NCBI GenBank assembly: GCA_036379195.1
Contig: DASVHB010000067.1
Span: 1 to 44,252 of the forward strand
DNA: 44,252 nt
Direction: 5' to 3'
From: Pirellulales bacterium
Lineage (GTDB): Bacteria > Planctomycetota > Planctomycetia > Pirellulales > JAICIG01
Shown in pieces: positions 24,166 to 33,900 of this stretch. A model generated the notes under the pieces. It was not told where the DNA came from. It saw only the letters and a list, made by a program, of their open reading frames with translations, and made no database searches. Every line of letters begins with the position of its first letter. Position 1 is the first letter of the stretch. The translations under genes were made by a program, and so were the position numbers.

Positions 24166-25905
24166 ATGCTGGTCGTCCCACCCCGGTACAACCCCGAAAT
24201 GCAGAGAACCACCATGCCGGCCACCAGCGATTGGCTGCACCTGCTGAACGACGCGCTCGATTATCAGGCCCTGCAACAGGCGTTTTCAGAAATCGCCGCC
24301 CGGGCGCAGTCCGGAGCCGACGATCCCGGGCTGGCGGAGGCCATCGACGAGGCGGTGCGGCGCATCGAGGCGGAACGAGCCTCGGACGAGCACGAACTGG
24401 CCGAAATCCAAGAGCGATATGCGTCGTTTCAACAAGCCCATCGCGGCGTCATCGGCTGGTTCAAACGGCACATGCCGTTCACGGAGACACGTCGGCAAGA
24501 TGTGCAGCACCGTACCGAAGTTGCCGACCAGCAGGCCGAGATTCTCGCCGACAACCTGGTGATCGCCCGGGCGCAAATGCTCAAAGAGCGGTTTCTGCAA
24601 CCAACCGCTCGCAAGCTGGGCCGCCGCCCGGCGCAGTGGAAGGCGGAACTGCATGCGTCGCAGGGCGTCAGCCAATTGGCAAGCCTTGCGGCCGTCGTCC
24701 GCCATTTGGCTGCCGAAAGCAGCACATCGCGGGCGTTTCTCAAACTCCTGCGCGACGACGTCGAGGCGTTCGCGGGCGCGGCGTTCGCCTCCGACGACGA
24801 CCGGCGGCGGCGCGACGCCGATTTGGCCGTCGCCCGGCAAGAGTTGGCGGAGCTGGAACGCGAAGTCGCTCAGGAAGACACGCTCAAGCAGGAAGCTCTC
24901 GCGCGCGTGGGTCGCCTGGTGAGCGACGAGCTGGCCTCGGGCAATGCCGCGTTCCGTGGCCACGCGCAGGAGCTTGAACGATTAACGGCATCGCTCGCGC
25001 GGTGGAAGAACGCCTTTCATTCGTGCGGGCAGCTTACCGCGGCGGCGGGGCAAGTCGGTGGGCTGGCGCAAGAACTAGCGGCGCTACCCGGCCAGTTTTC
25101 GCAGCTCCGCGAACAGCGGCAGCGGGTCGAACGGCAGCAAGCCGACGCCGCGGTGGCCGAGGCGAGATTGACGGCGATCGCTCAGGAGCGGCAGGCGCAT
25201 TGCGACGAGTCGCGTCTGGCGGCCGAGCAGGCCCAGCGAGCCCTGGAAGAAGCGCAGCGGGCTGACGCCGCGCATCGCGCCCAGCGGCTGGCCGCGAAGA
25301 GCATGCCTGAGATGGCCGAGGCCGAAATTGACGATTCGCCGTCGGGTGCACGCCTGCGAGAGGCCCAGGCCACGTGCCAGCGCGCCCAGGCGGTGCTGGC
25401 TGAAAGGCTGGCGGGCGGCGAAGCTGCGCGGCGCGAAGCCGAGCAGGCGCGCGCGGCTTTGGCGGCGGCTCGCTCGCAACATCAGCATCTCGGCCAGCAG
25501 ATCGCCGCGCTTGAGCAGCGCGAGCCGCAGCTTCGCCGCGAGCTTTCGGCGGCGGCAAATGCCGGCCAGGCGGCGTTTGCCACGGCGGCGCTTGCGCTGG
25601 GTTCGCTGTTGCGGGCCGAACCGAGCGCGGCTCTACCTGCCGCGCCTTACGGGTGGATCAATCGCGGGCTGGAGTCCTCGCTGGCGGAGGCATTGTTTCA
25701 CGCCGATCGCGATTATCCGCGGCATTTGCAGGCCGCGACCGTGCTGGCGCAGGTGTCGGCTTCGTTGCAAGCCCGCGTGGCGGAGATCGAGCGCGATCAG
25801 TCCGCCGTACTCCGCCGCCGCGCGGCCATTTGGAAACAACGTTGCCAAGAGCTGCTCGGCGACGCCCTGGCCGCCGAGTGCGACGACAAACAGGCGACGC
25901 CATGA
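24166..25905 (+). CDS. hypothetical Ala/Gln/Arg/Glu-rich coiled-coil protein
   Basis: This is a 579-aa ORF with native high GC. It has long heptad-like stretches (ELAELEREVAQEDTLKQEALARV; QRVERQQADAAVAEARLTAIAQERQ; EQARAALAAARSQHQHLGQQIAALEQRE). I recognised no TM segment, signal peptide or catalytic motif. Alternative ATG starts lie at 24199 and 24214. Confidence 0.55.
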   Translation: MLVVPPRYNPEMQRTTMPATSDWLHLLNDALDYQALQQAFSEIAARAQSGADDPGLAEAIDEAVRRIEAERASDEHELAEIQERYASFQQAHRGVIGWFKRHMPFTETRRQDVQHRTEVADQQAEILADNLVIARAQMLKERFLQPTARKLGRRPAQWKAELHASQGVSQLASLAAVVRHLAAESSTSRAFLKLLRDDVEAFAGAAFASDDDRRRRDADLAVARQELAELEREVAQEDTLKQEALARVGRLVSDELASGNAAFRGHAQELERLTASLARWKNAFHSCGQLTAAAGQVGGLAQELAALPGQFSQLREQRQRVERQQADAAVAEARLTAIAQERQAHCDESRLAAEQAQRALEEAQRADAAHRAQRLAAKSMPEMAEAEIDDSPSGARLREAQATCQRAQAVLAERLAGGEAARREAEQARAALAAARSQHQHLGQQIAALEQREPQLRRELSAAANAGQAAFATAALALGSLLRAEPSAALPAAPYGWINRGLESSLAEALFHADRDYPRHLQAATVLAQVSASLQARVAEIERDQSAVLRRRAAIWKQRCQELLGDALAAECDDKQATP

Positions 25906-25923
25906 GCCAATCAAGTGCGTTTT

Positions 25924-25958
25924 ACCACGGACCGTACTGACGGCGCGGAGTGGTTTTT
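25924..25958 (+). terminator. weak candidate intrinsic terminator after the coiled-coil gene
   Basis: The outer stem is accac (25924-25928) with gtggt (25950-25954). The inner stem is ccgt (25932-25935) with acgg (25940-25943). A T5 run follows at 25954-25958. The stems are short, so support is low. Confidence 0.25.
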
Positions 25959-25998
25959 GACATTTATCACCATTGGTGGTAAAATTACCACATGGTGA
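25957..25998 (+). promoter_or_regulatory. near-consensus sigma70-type promoter (TTGACA-17-TAAAAT) with nested palindromic operator, overlapping the start codon of the AbiEi-like gene
   Basis: The -35 TTGACA is at 25957-25962, followed by a 17-nt spacer and TAAAAT at 25980-25985. The inner palindrome is gtggtaa (25976-25982) with ttaccac (25985-25991). The outer arms are tcaccat (25967-25973) and atggtga (25992-25998). The ATG at 25992 lies 7 nt after the -10, which implies a leaderless transcript. Confidence 0.55.
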
Positions 25999-27134
25999 AA
26001 TCACTTGAAGGAGTGAAACAACCCACATTCCTGCAGCTCTTTGCTCGCAATTGGGTCGAGCAACTAGGCCGTGCAACCGGAGCGTTTCATCTTGCGCACA
26101 GCAAATTCGACGCGCGTTTCCCGGGCCTCGACAGCAAGCCTTGGGACGCCATTCTCACTCTTCGTTCGCCCGGCGTAAAGAAACTGCTCACGCTCTTAGT
26201 GATTTGCCGAAAGCAAATATCGCCGCAAATCGCACTCGGGCTGCTTGACCTTCAAGTCCCTGCGCCGGCAGGCGCGTCCATTCTGATTTTCAGTCCCTCG
26301 ATCTCGCCGCGAGTCGCCGACCTTTGCCGCCAGCGGCATATCTGCTATCTCGATGCGGCAGGGAACTGCTTGCTCCGCGCAAAGGGACTTTATATCGAAC
26401 GTAGCGGTCGCGAAAACGCCAACCCAGACACACGTCCCCTGCGGCGTCTGTTTTCCGAAAAATCGAGTCGCATAACTCGCGTGTTGCTGGCCGAGCCGCA
26501 CAAGGCTTGGCAGGTCCAAGAACTTTCGTCCGCTGCGCATGTTAGTCTGGGTTTGGCGTCCAAGGTTAAGCAGGCGCTTGTCACGGAAGGCTACGCAATC
26601 GAGCGCGAAAAACGGTTACTCGTCCGTGACGCGCGTGAATTGCTCGACGCCTGGGCGGCTGCCTATCAACCAAAAGCCGAGGCTGTGAAATTGTTCGTGC
26701 CGGGCACGGCTTCCGAGCCGGAAGCGGCCGTGGCGCGCTGGCTCAAAAAGCATTCGATCCGCTTCGGTCTCACTCAATACTCCGGCGCCTGGCGCGCCGC
26801 TCCGATGGTGCGATTATCGCGGATTACCATATGGGTCGAGCCAGTGCCGCCCGCCGCCTGGACCGATTTCAAACAACAGACGAGCGGCGTTCGTGTTGAT
26901 TCCGGCGACAACGTATTGCTCTGGCAGAGCGACGATGGAACCATCTTCGATGGACTTCGCACGCTCGGCGAACCGCCTTTGCCAACGGTTTCGCCGATTC
27001 AGCTTTATCTCGATCTCAAATCGCTGGTCGGGCGCGGAGAAGAAGCCGCGGAGGCAATCTACGAGCGAGAGATTGCTTCCCTCTGGAATGCAAGGAAGCC
27101 AGTTGATCAACAATCGAGGAACACGCACCAGTGA
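25992..27134 (+). CDS. AbiEi-like wHTH protein (putative type IV antitoxin / transcriptional regulator) with an N-terminal extension of unknown function
   Basis: 380 aa. A central wHTH-like segment is SSRITRVLLAEPHKAWQVQELSSAAHVSLGLASKVKQALVTEGYAIE. The C-terminal region (..PTVSPIQLYLDLKSLVGRGEEAAEAIYE) resembles AbiEi C-terminal domains from memory. The gene overlaps the downstream nucleotidyltransferase gene by GTGA. GC is lower than in the flanks. Confidence 0.45.
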   Translation: MVKSLEGVKQPTFLQLFARNWVEQLGRATGAFHLAHSKFDARFPGLDSKPWDAILTLRSPGVKKLLTLLVICRKQISPQIALGLLDLQVPAPAGASILIFSPSISPRVADLCRQRHICYLDAAGNCLLRAKGLYIERSGRENANPDTRPLRRLFSEKSSRITRVLLAEPHKAWQVQELSSAAHVSLGLASKVKQALVTEGYAIEREKRLLVRDARELLDAWAAAYQPKAEAVKLFVPGTASEPEAAVARWLKKHSIRFGLTQYSGAWRAAPMVRLSRITIWVEPVPPAAWTDFKQQTSGVRVDSGDNVLLWQSDDGTIFDGLRTLGEPPLPTVSPIQLYLDLKSLVGRGEEAAEAIYEREIASLWNARKPVDQQSRNTHQ

Positions 27135-27931
27135 TAAAACCGTTTGACAACGCGGTGGCCGCAAGCCGTGCCGTACTCATCGAGGCGATGGGAGTCCTTG
27201 GCAGATTGCATTCGCACCTCGTCATCATCGGCGGCTGGGTACCTGAGTTGCAAATACCCGGCAAAGGACACCCCGGTTCGCTCGACGTAGACTTGGCAGT
27301 TGATACTCGATCTTTGCCACCGGGGCCATACTCAACAATACGCCGATGTTTGGTTGATGCGGGATATCAGCAAGGAAACATGCCGAGCGTTTTTTTGCGC
27401 CAGATTCCGGGAACGTCGGGACCGTTTCAAGTCAAACTCGATTTGGTTTGCGCCGAGCCAGCTACCGCAATGGAACCTGAGACCGGGCTGCGCGTGCAGG
27501 ATCTCATGATCCATCCGCTTCGCGGGATCGGAATCGCGCTTGATTCGTGCGACGAAGTCCGCATTGATGGCGAGCGGCCCGATGGCGCCTCTGACGCCGT
27601 CGTGGCGCGCATCGCAACCTTAGAAGCATTCATTTGCATGAAAGCGTTCGCGATGGCCGAACGTCGAAAACCCAAAGACGCGTATGACGTTTACTTCTGT
27701 CTGCGACACCGCAACCTCGATCAGCTTTCCACCGCGATCAACTTGATCAGCAGCCAAAGCATCGTACGCGAAGCGATTGACGTGTTGGCAGATAAGTTCC
27801 GCACAATAAACCACGCGGGCCCCATCGACGCCGCGACCGTTGCGCAGGAGCACGGTGATGATTACGAGCAATCGCGCCGCGGTGCGTTCGAACTCATGCA
27901 ACTTTTGCTCGAGCGCATCAAGAACGTTTAA
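27131..27931 (+). CDS. nucleotidyltransferase, AbiEii/AbiGii-toxin-like (DUF1814-type) family
   Basis: 266 aa. The NTase signature is IIGGWVPEL..HPGSLDVDLAVD (GG..x..S-x-D-x-D). A later acidic site is KLDLVCAE. The family-typical motif KPKDAYDVYFCL is present. The GTG start overlaps the upstream stop (gtga, 27131-27134). Confidence 0.5.
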   Translation: MIKPFDNAVAASRAVLIEAMGVLGRLHSHLVIIGGWVPELQIPGKGHPGSLDVDLAVDTRSLPPGPYSTIRRCLVDAGYQQGNMPSVFLRQIPGTSGPFQVKLDLVCAEPATAMEPETGLRVQDLMIHPLRGIGIALDSCDEVRIDGERPDGASDAVVARIATLEAFICMKAFAMAERRKPKDAYDVYFCLRHRNLDQLSTAINLISSQSIVREAIDVLADKFRTINHAGPIDAATVAQEHGDDYEQSRRGAFELMQLLLERIKNV

Positions 27932-30900
27932 GAGACGATTCGCTCCAGCCGCTCGGCCAGCGCGCGGACGTGCGGCTCGCGGAGCAAGGTCAGATGATTG
28001 CCGGGCAGCGATTCGATTTCGAGGCCGCCTTCGAGAAGCGATTTCCAGCCCAAGCTCGGATCGCGGCCGTTGCGTTCGGTGTGTTCTTCCGACCGCAAAA
28101 GCACCGCTTGAACCGGCGCTGGGCGGGGTCGATAGGCCAGGCCGGCACGAGCGTTGGCCTCAAAGACGGAGAGCAGGCGCCGAGCATCGGCGTCGGGCAG
28201 ATGGGCGGGCGCCAGGCCCGCCGCGGAGATTTGCGCGGTGAAATACCGTAGCCTTTCGTCGTCGCTGAGCGACTCAAGCTCGGCCAACGAACGGCGGTCG
28301 GCGGCGCCATACAAGCCCAACAAAGCCGCCATGCCGGCGTCGGGGGCCGCGCCGCCGACAGAATCGATGCCCGAGTCGATCAGAATCAGTCGCGGCTGCC
28401 GCTCGCCCGTCGCGGCGATCTGCCGTGCCATCTCGTAGGCCACGATGCCGCCGAATGACCAGCCGGCGAGCTGAAACCTCCCCGTCGGCAGTGCCGTGCG
28501 GAGTTGATCCAAATAATCGGCGGCCATGGCTTCGATTTGCTGGTGCGGATCGCCGCCGCTGAGGCCCCGCGACTGAATCGCATAGAAAGACTGGTCAGCC
28601 CCCAAATGACGGGCCAGCGCGTAATACGGAAACACCATGCCGCCGACCGGATGAATACCAACCAGGGGAATTCGCGTGCCGCCCGTGCGGATGGGCACGA
28701 TGCCCGGCGCGCCGTCGGCGCGGTTTCCGGCTGGTATGGTACCGTCGATGGCGGCTGCCAAGGCGGCGATGGTAGGCCGCTCGAAGAGCATTTGCGGCGG
28801 GAATATCCTTCCCTGCGCCGCGGCCAGCGACATCACCCGCACTGCCTGAATCGAATCGCCCCCCAACTCGAAGAAGTCGTCTTCGACGCCTACACGATCG
28901 AGCCGCAGCACGTCGCGCCAGAGGTCGGCCAGCAGACGCTCGGTTTCGGTGCGCGGCGCGCGGTGGCAAGCAGAGCGGCTTGATTTAGTGAGATCTGTGC
29001 TCGGCGATCTGTGGGGAACCGACTCCGTGGCGTCCTGGGCGCTGACGCGCGAGGTCGAACCGCCCTCCACGGAATGCCACGGATTCTGTTCGCTACAGAG
29101 ACATGGCAGTTCGCTCAATCGGCGCTGGCCGCTGTTCAGGATACATGCCAATGTTTCTTGATAGTCGGCCGCAAGTCGCTCGATGTCCGCGAGCTCAAAC
29201 CTGCGGGCATCGTAATTGATGCGCAGCGCGATCTCGTCGCCGGCGGAAACCACCACATTAAGCGGAAAATTAGTTTGCGAGCGGCTCTCGATTTCACTCA
29301 ACCGCAAATGGCCCAACGTCGCCTCCCGGTTCGCCGGCGCGCGTTCAGTCGCCGGGCGCAAGGCGGCGTGGGCCGAGCGAAGCGCGGCGTCGATCGGATA
29401 GTTTTCGAACACCCAGAGGCTTTCAAACAGCGGCACGCCCGGCGGCAATTCCGACCAGCGGCGAATGCTGGCCAGCGGCGTCTGCTCGTGATGCCGCGTC
29501 TCGGCCAACTGCCCTTGCAACGACCGAAGCCAATCGACCACGAACGATTCGCGCGGCAGCCGAGCCCGGACGGGCAACGTGTTAATGAACAACCCGACCA
29601 TCGAATCGGCGCCCGCCAGCGTGCCTGGCCGGCCCGCCATGGTGGTGCCATAAACCACGTCGTCGCTGCCCGCATGGCGGGCCAACACCAGTGCCCAGGC
29701 GCCCTGCAAGAGTGTATTGAGCGTAATTTGGTGCCGGCGCGCAAACGCCGCGGCCGCGCGAGTGGTGTGACGGTGAATGGCAAAGTGGGCCTCCGCGGAT
29801 CCCGGTGCAATATCGGCTGCTGCCGTAGCACCGCCCGCACCAACCCGACGCGCAAGCGAGGCGCGCCGCATTTCAGCCTCGCTTGCGCTTCGGGTTTGTG
29901 TTGATTCGCCCGCTTCAAAACACAACCGCGTTGGCTCAGTGACACCGCGCAACAAGTCGCGCCAATAACGCTCGGCGCGCGAAACGTCTTGCCGCGCGAG
30001 CCAGGCAATAAAATCGCGGTATGGGCGTGAAGGTGGTAGTGGCAACGATCGCTGCCCGTGGGCGTGGCACTCGTACGCCAGCATCAGCTCGTTGAGCAGC
30101 AGCGGCAACGACCAGCCATCGAGCAGCAGATGATGGTGTGTCCAAACCAGCCGCCACTCGTCCGCCGATAGGCGAATCAGCTTCAGCCGCAGCAGCGGCG
30201 CGATGGCAAGGTCGAACCCGCGCCGTCGATCGTCGTGCAGCAGCGTTTCAAGCCGCGCGGCCTGTTCGCGCTCGCTGTACTTCGACCAGTCGTCGTCCTG
30301 CCAGGGAAGCTCGACATGCCGTTGAACGATGGCCAGCGGCTCGCGCAACCCTCCCCACTCCAGCGCCGTGCGCAGGGCGGTGTGTCGTTCGATCACCGTG
30401 CGCCAGGCCTGGCGAAACGCGGCGACATCGAGCGGGCCGCTCAACCGGCAAGACAACTGCTCGATATACGCCCCGCCGCCGTGCACCTCGCTCGCGGCTT
30501 CGGCGGCCAAAGGCTGCTCGGCCAGGCTGTGATACAACATCCCCATTTGCAAGGGAGACAGGGGGTAAATGTCTTCAATGTCGCGGCCTTCGCCAACCAA
30601 GCGCGCAAGCGCGGCGTCATCGAGCCGAGCCAAGGGAAAGTCGCCGGGCGTGGCTTGCACCCGCGCGTCCGGCTGGCCCGACATCAACTCGCGCACGGTG
30701 GCCACAAACCGCGCAGCCACGCGCTCCAACGCCACATCGCGGAGCCTGTTGCGGCGATACGTCCACCGCAACATGAGCCGACCGTTTCTGATCTCCGCGG
30801 TGACCTCGATGAGATAGGGCCGCGGCGCCGCGGCATCCTGGCCGTCTTGGTCCCGATCGGCGGCAATCGTCAGCACTTGTGCCAAGTCATTGCCCCGAGA

Positions 30901-33900
30901 GTGCAACGCAGCGGGCTGCCCCATTTGACGGTGCTGCCCTAAATAGTTGAAGCAGATTTCCGCCGGCGAGCGCGGCACTTTCGTGTCGCCGTGCGAGAGG
31001 TACCGCAAGACGCCGTACTCAAATCCACGAGCGCTTGATTCGCGCAGCGACGGCTTGACCCGCAGCAACGATTCGCCCGGCGAGGCGGCGCCGGCGAAAT
31101 CAAGCCGCACCGGATAGAGCGACGTAAACCATCCCACGGTGCGCGACAGATCGACCGCCTCAAACCGACCGCTATCGCGGCCGTGGTGTTCGATGTCGAT
31201 CATCAGATCGTCGCCGGTCAGCGGCCGCAGCGCATGACCCACAATTGCCAAAACGAGGTCCTGAGTGGGCATCCGGTAGAGAGAGGCCAGCTCGCCCAGG
31301 GCGGCGGTTTCGTCGCTGCTGAGCGTTCGCTCGAAGGTGGCCGAAGCATGCTCATGGAATCCCTCGGCAAAATCGCATCGCAGACGGCCGGCCGGCGCGG
31401 CGAGAAGATCGTGCCAGTAAGCTTGGTGGGCTGCGAAGTTGTTCTGACGCGCGTAATCGGCCAGCCGCAACGCCCATTGCCGCAGCGAGGTGGTTTTGGG
31501 CGGCAGCCGCACCGGCTCTCGTGCCGCGAGTTGCCGGTATGCCGTCAACAGATCTTCCAAGATGATCCGCCAAGAAACCGTATCGACGACCAGGTGGTGA
31601 ATCGTGAGCAGAAGCCGACTGGCCCCATCGGTGGTGATGATGGCCGCGGCCACGAGAGGTCCCGATTCGAAGTCGAAGCGGGCGCGCAACCGGGCCAGCA
31701 AACGCTGCGTGTCAGCTTCCGCGGCGGCAGCGGAAAGTCCGCGTTGATCGGCCTGTTCAAGCCAGAAAGCCGTGGACAACACCTCGACGCCGGCATTGAC
31801 CTGCCGCCAGCCGTCGCCAGCGCGGTAAAGACGCAGCCGCAAGGCGTCGTGGTGGAGCACCAGCACGGTAAGCGCCTGCTCCAGCAGCGAGGCATCGATG
31901 GTGTCGGTCACTTCGACCAGCACTTCTTGGCTGAGAATCGTCGGGTGGGCGCTGCTCACCGATTCATCGGTTTCACCGAACGGCGCCGTGGTGGGCGATG
32001 CCCATCCTACGGTATCGAAAAACCACCGCTGAATGGGTGTCAGCGGAACATCGCCCATAACGATGCCTTGCTCCGCGTCGATGGCTGATGAGGCAGATGC
32101 GACGGCGGCCAAACCCGCGATGGTGGGCTGTTCAAACAACTGCCGCGGCGTGAAGAAAATGCCGCGCTGCCGGGCGTGCGAAACCACCGCGAGCGTTTGA
32201 ATAGAGTCGCCGCCCAATTCAAAAAAGTTGTCGTCGATACCCACTTGCTCCAGACCCAATACCTGGCGCCAGATTTCCACCAGCGCCTGCTCGGTTTCGC
32301 TGACAGGTTCGCGCGGGCCGTCAGACGAACCGCCGCCGTGGCGGGCCGGCGCGGGCAATGCCGCGCGATCGAGTTTGCCGTGAGCGGAGAGCGGTAGCTC
32401 ATCGAGCAGTATTAGGCTGGCGGGCGCCATGTAGCCTGGCAGTTGCGATCGCAAATACTCGCGCAAACCTGCGACGCTCACGTTGTCGCCCGCCGACACA
32501 ACATACGCAAATAGCCGCGGCTGCCCCGGCTGTTCCTCGCGTGTCACGACCGCGGCTTCGCGCACCGCGGGATGACGGCGGAGCACGGCCTCAATTTCGC
32601 CCGGCTCGATACGAAACCCCCGGATCTTGACTTGCTGATCGGCTCGCCCGAGAAATTCGAGTTGACCGTCGGGTCGCCAGCGCACCACGTCGCCGGTGCG
32701 ATAGAACCGCGCTTCGCCGACTCCCACTCCGGGCAAGTGCGTGCTTTCTCTAAGCGAAAGCCGATGATCGATGAACCGCTCGGCAGTCAGCTCCGGTTGG
32801 TTCAGATAACCGCGCGCCACGCCTGCTCCGCCCACATAGAGTTCGCCCGGCACGCCGATCGGCACGGGGCGGCCCCGCGCGTCGAGCACATCGACGCGCA
32901 CGTTCGGCAGTGGGCGACCGATTGGCGGGCGCGGCTCATTCGCTGGGCAATCGGCCGCGGTCGCACACACGGTGGTTTCCGTCGGGCCGTAGGCATTCAC
33001 AAACCTGCGGCCTTGGCCCCATTGCCGCACCAGCTCAGCTCGGCAGGCCTCCCCGGCTGAAATGATTAGCCGCAAGTCGGGCAACTCGGCCGGCGGCAGG
33101 GCCGCCAGAATCGATGGCGGCAGCGTGGCAATGGTCACCCGCCGATCGCGCAAAAGCTGCACGAGCGGCTCGCCCGGCAGCAGTGCTTCGGGCGAAGACA
33201 ACACTAGCGCCGCGCCCGACGCCAAAGCCAGCGAAATCTCCCACACCGAAGCGTCGAAGCTCAACGGGGCGAATTGCAGCACCCGGTCGTCCGTGGTCTG
33301 CAAAAAAAGATCACGCTGCGCGTGTGCCAGATTGGCCCAACTGCCATGCTCGACCGCGACGCCCTTGGGAATGCCCGTCGAGCCTGAGGTATAGATGACA
33401 TACGCCAGGTGATGCTCGGCGGCGCGGAGCGCGGGGTTGTCGGTGCTTTGCTGCGCGAGCTCGGCTGAAATCGAACCGAAATCAATCGGCGAACAAGCGC
33501 CAGTAGCCATTTCCGCCGGGGCATCGCCAAGGCTCTGCCCCAGCCACCGGGCGGATTCTAGACTTTGGATTTCGGATTTTCGATTGTGGCAGAGCACGAA
33601 CGCGGGCCGCGCATCGTCAAGCATGAAGCGCAGCCGCTCGTCGGGGTAGTTCAGGTCGAGCGGTAGATAGGCGCCGCCGGCTTTGAGAACTCCCAGCACC
33701 GCGACGATCATCTCCATCGAGCGCTCCAGGGCGATTGCGACGCATGTCTCAGGTCCCACGCCCCGCGATTGCAGATAATGCGCCAGTTGGTTGGCGCGCC
33801 GGTTCAACTCGCCGTAAGTCAGCAATTGCTCGCCATAGACCAAGGCCGCGGCATCGGGCCGCCGGGCCGCCTGCTCGGCAAATTGCCCGTGAACGAAGTC

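Noticed and set aside
25906-27931. Mobile-element boundaries for the lower-GC island.
   Set aside because: I found no integrase, transposase or tRNA gene. I also found no convincing flanking direct or terminal inverted repeats. The island is reported only as compositionally distinct.
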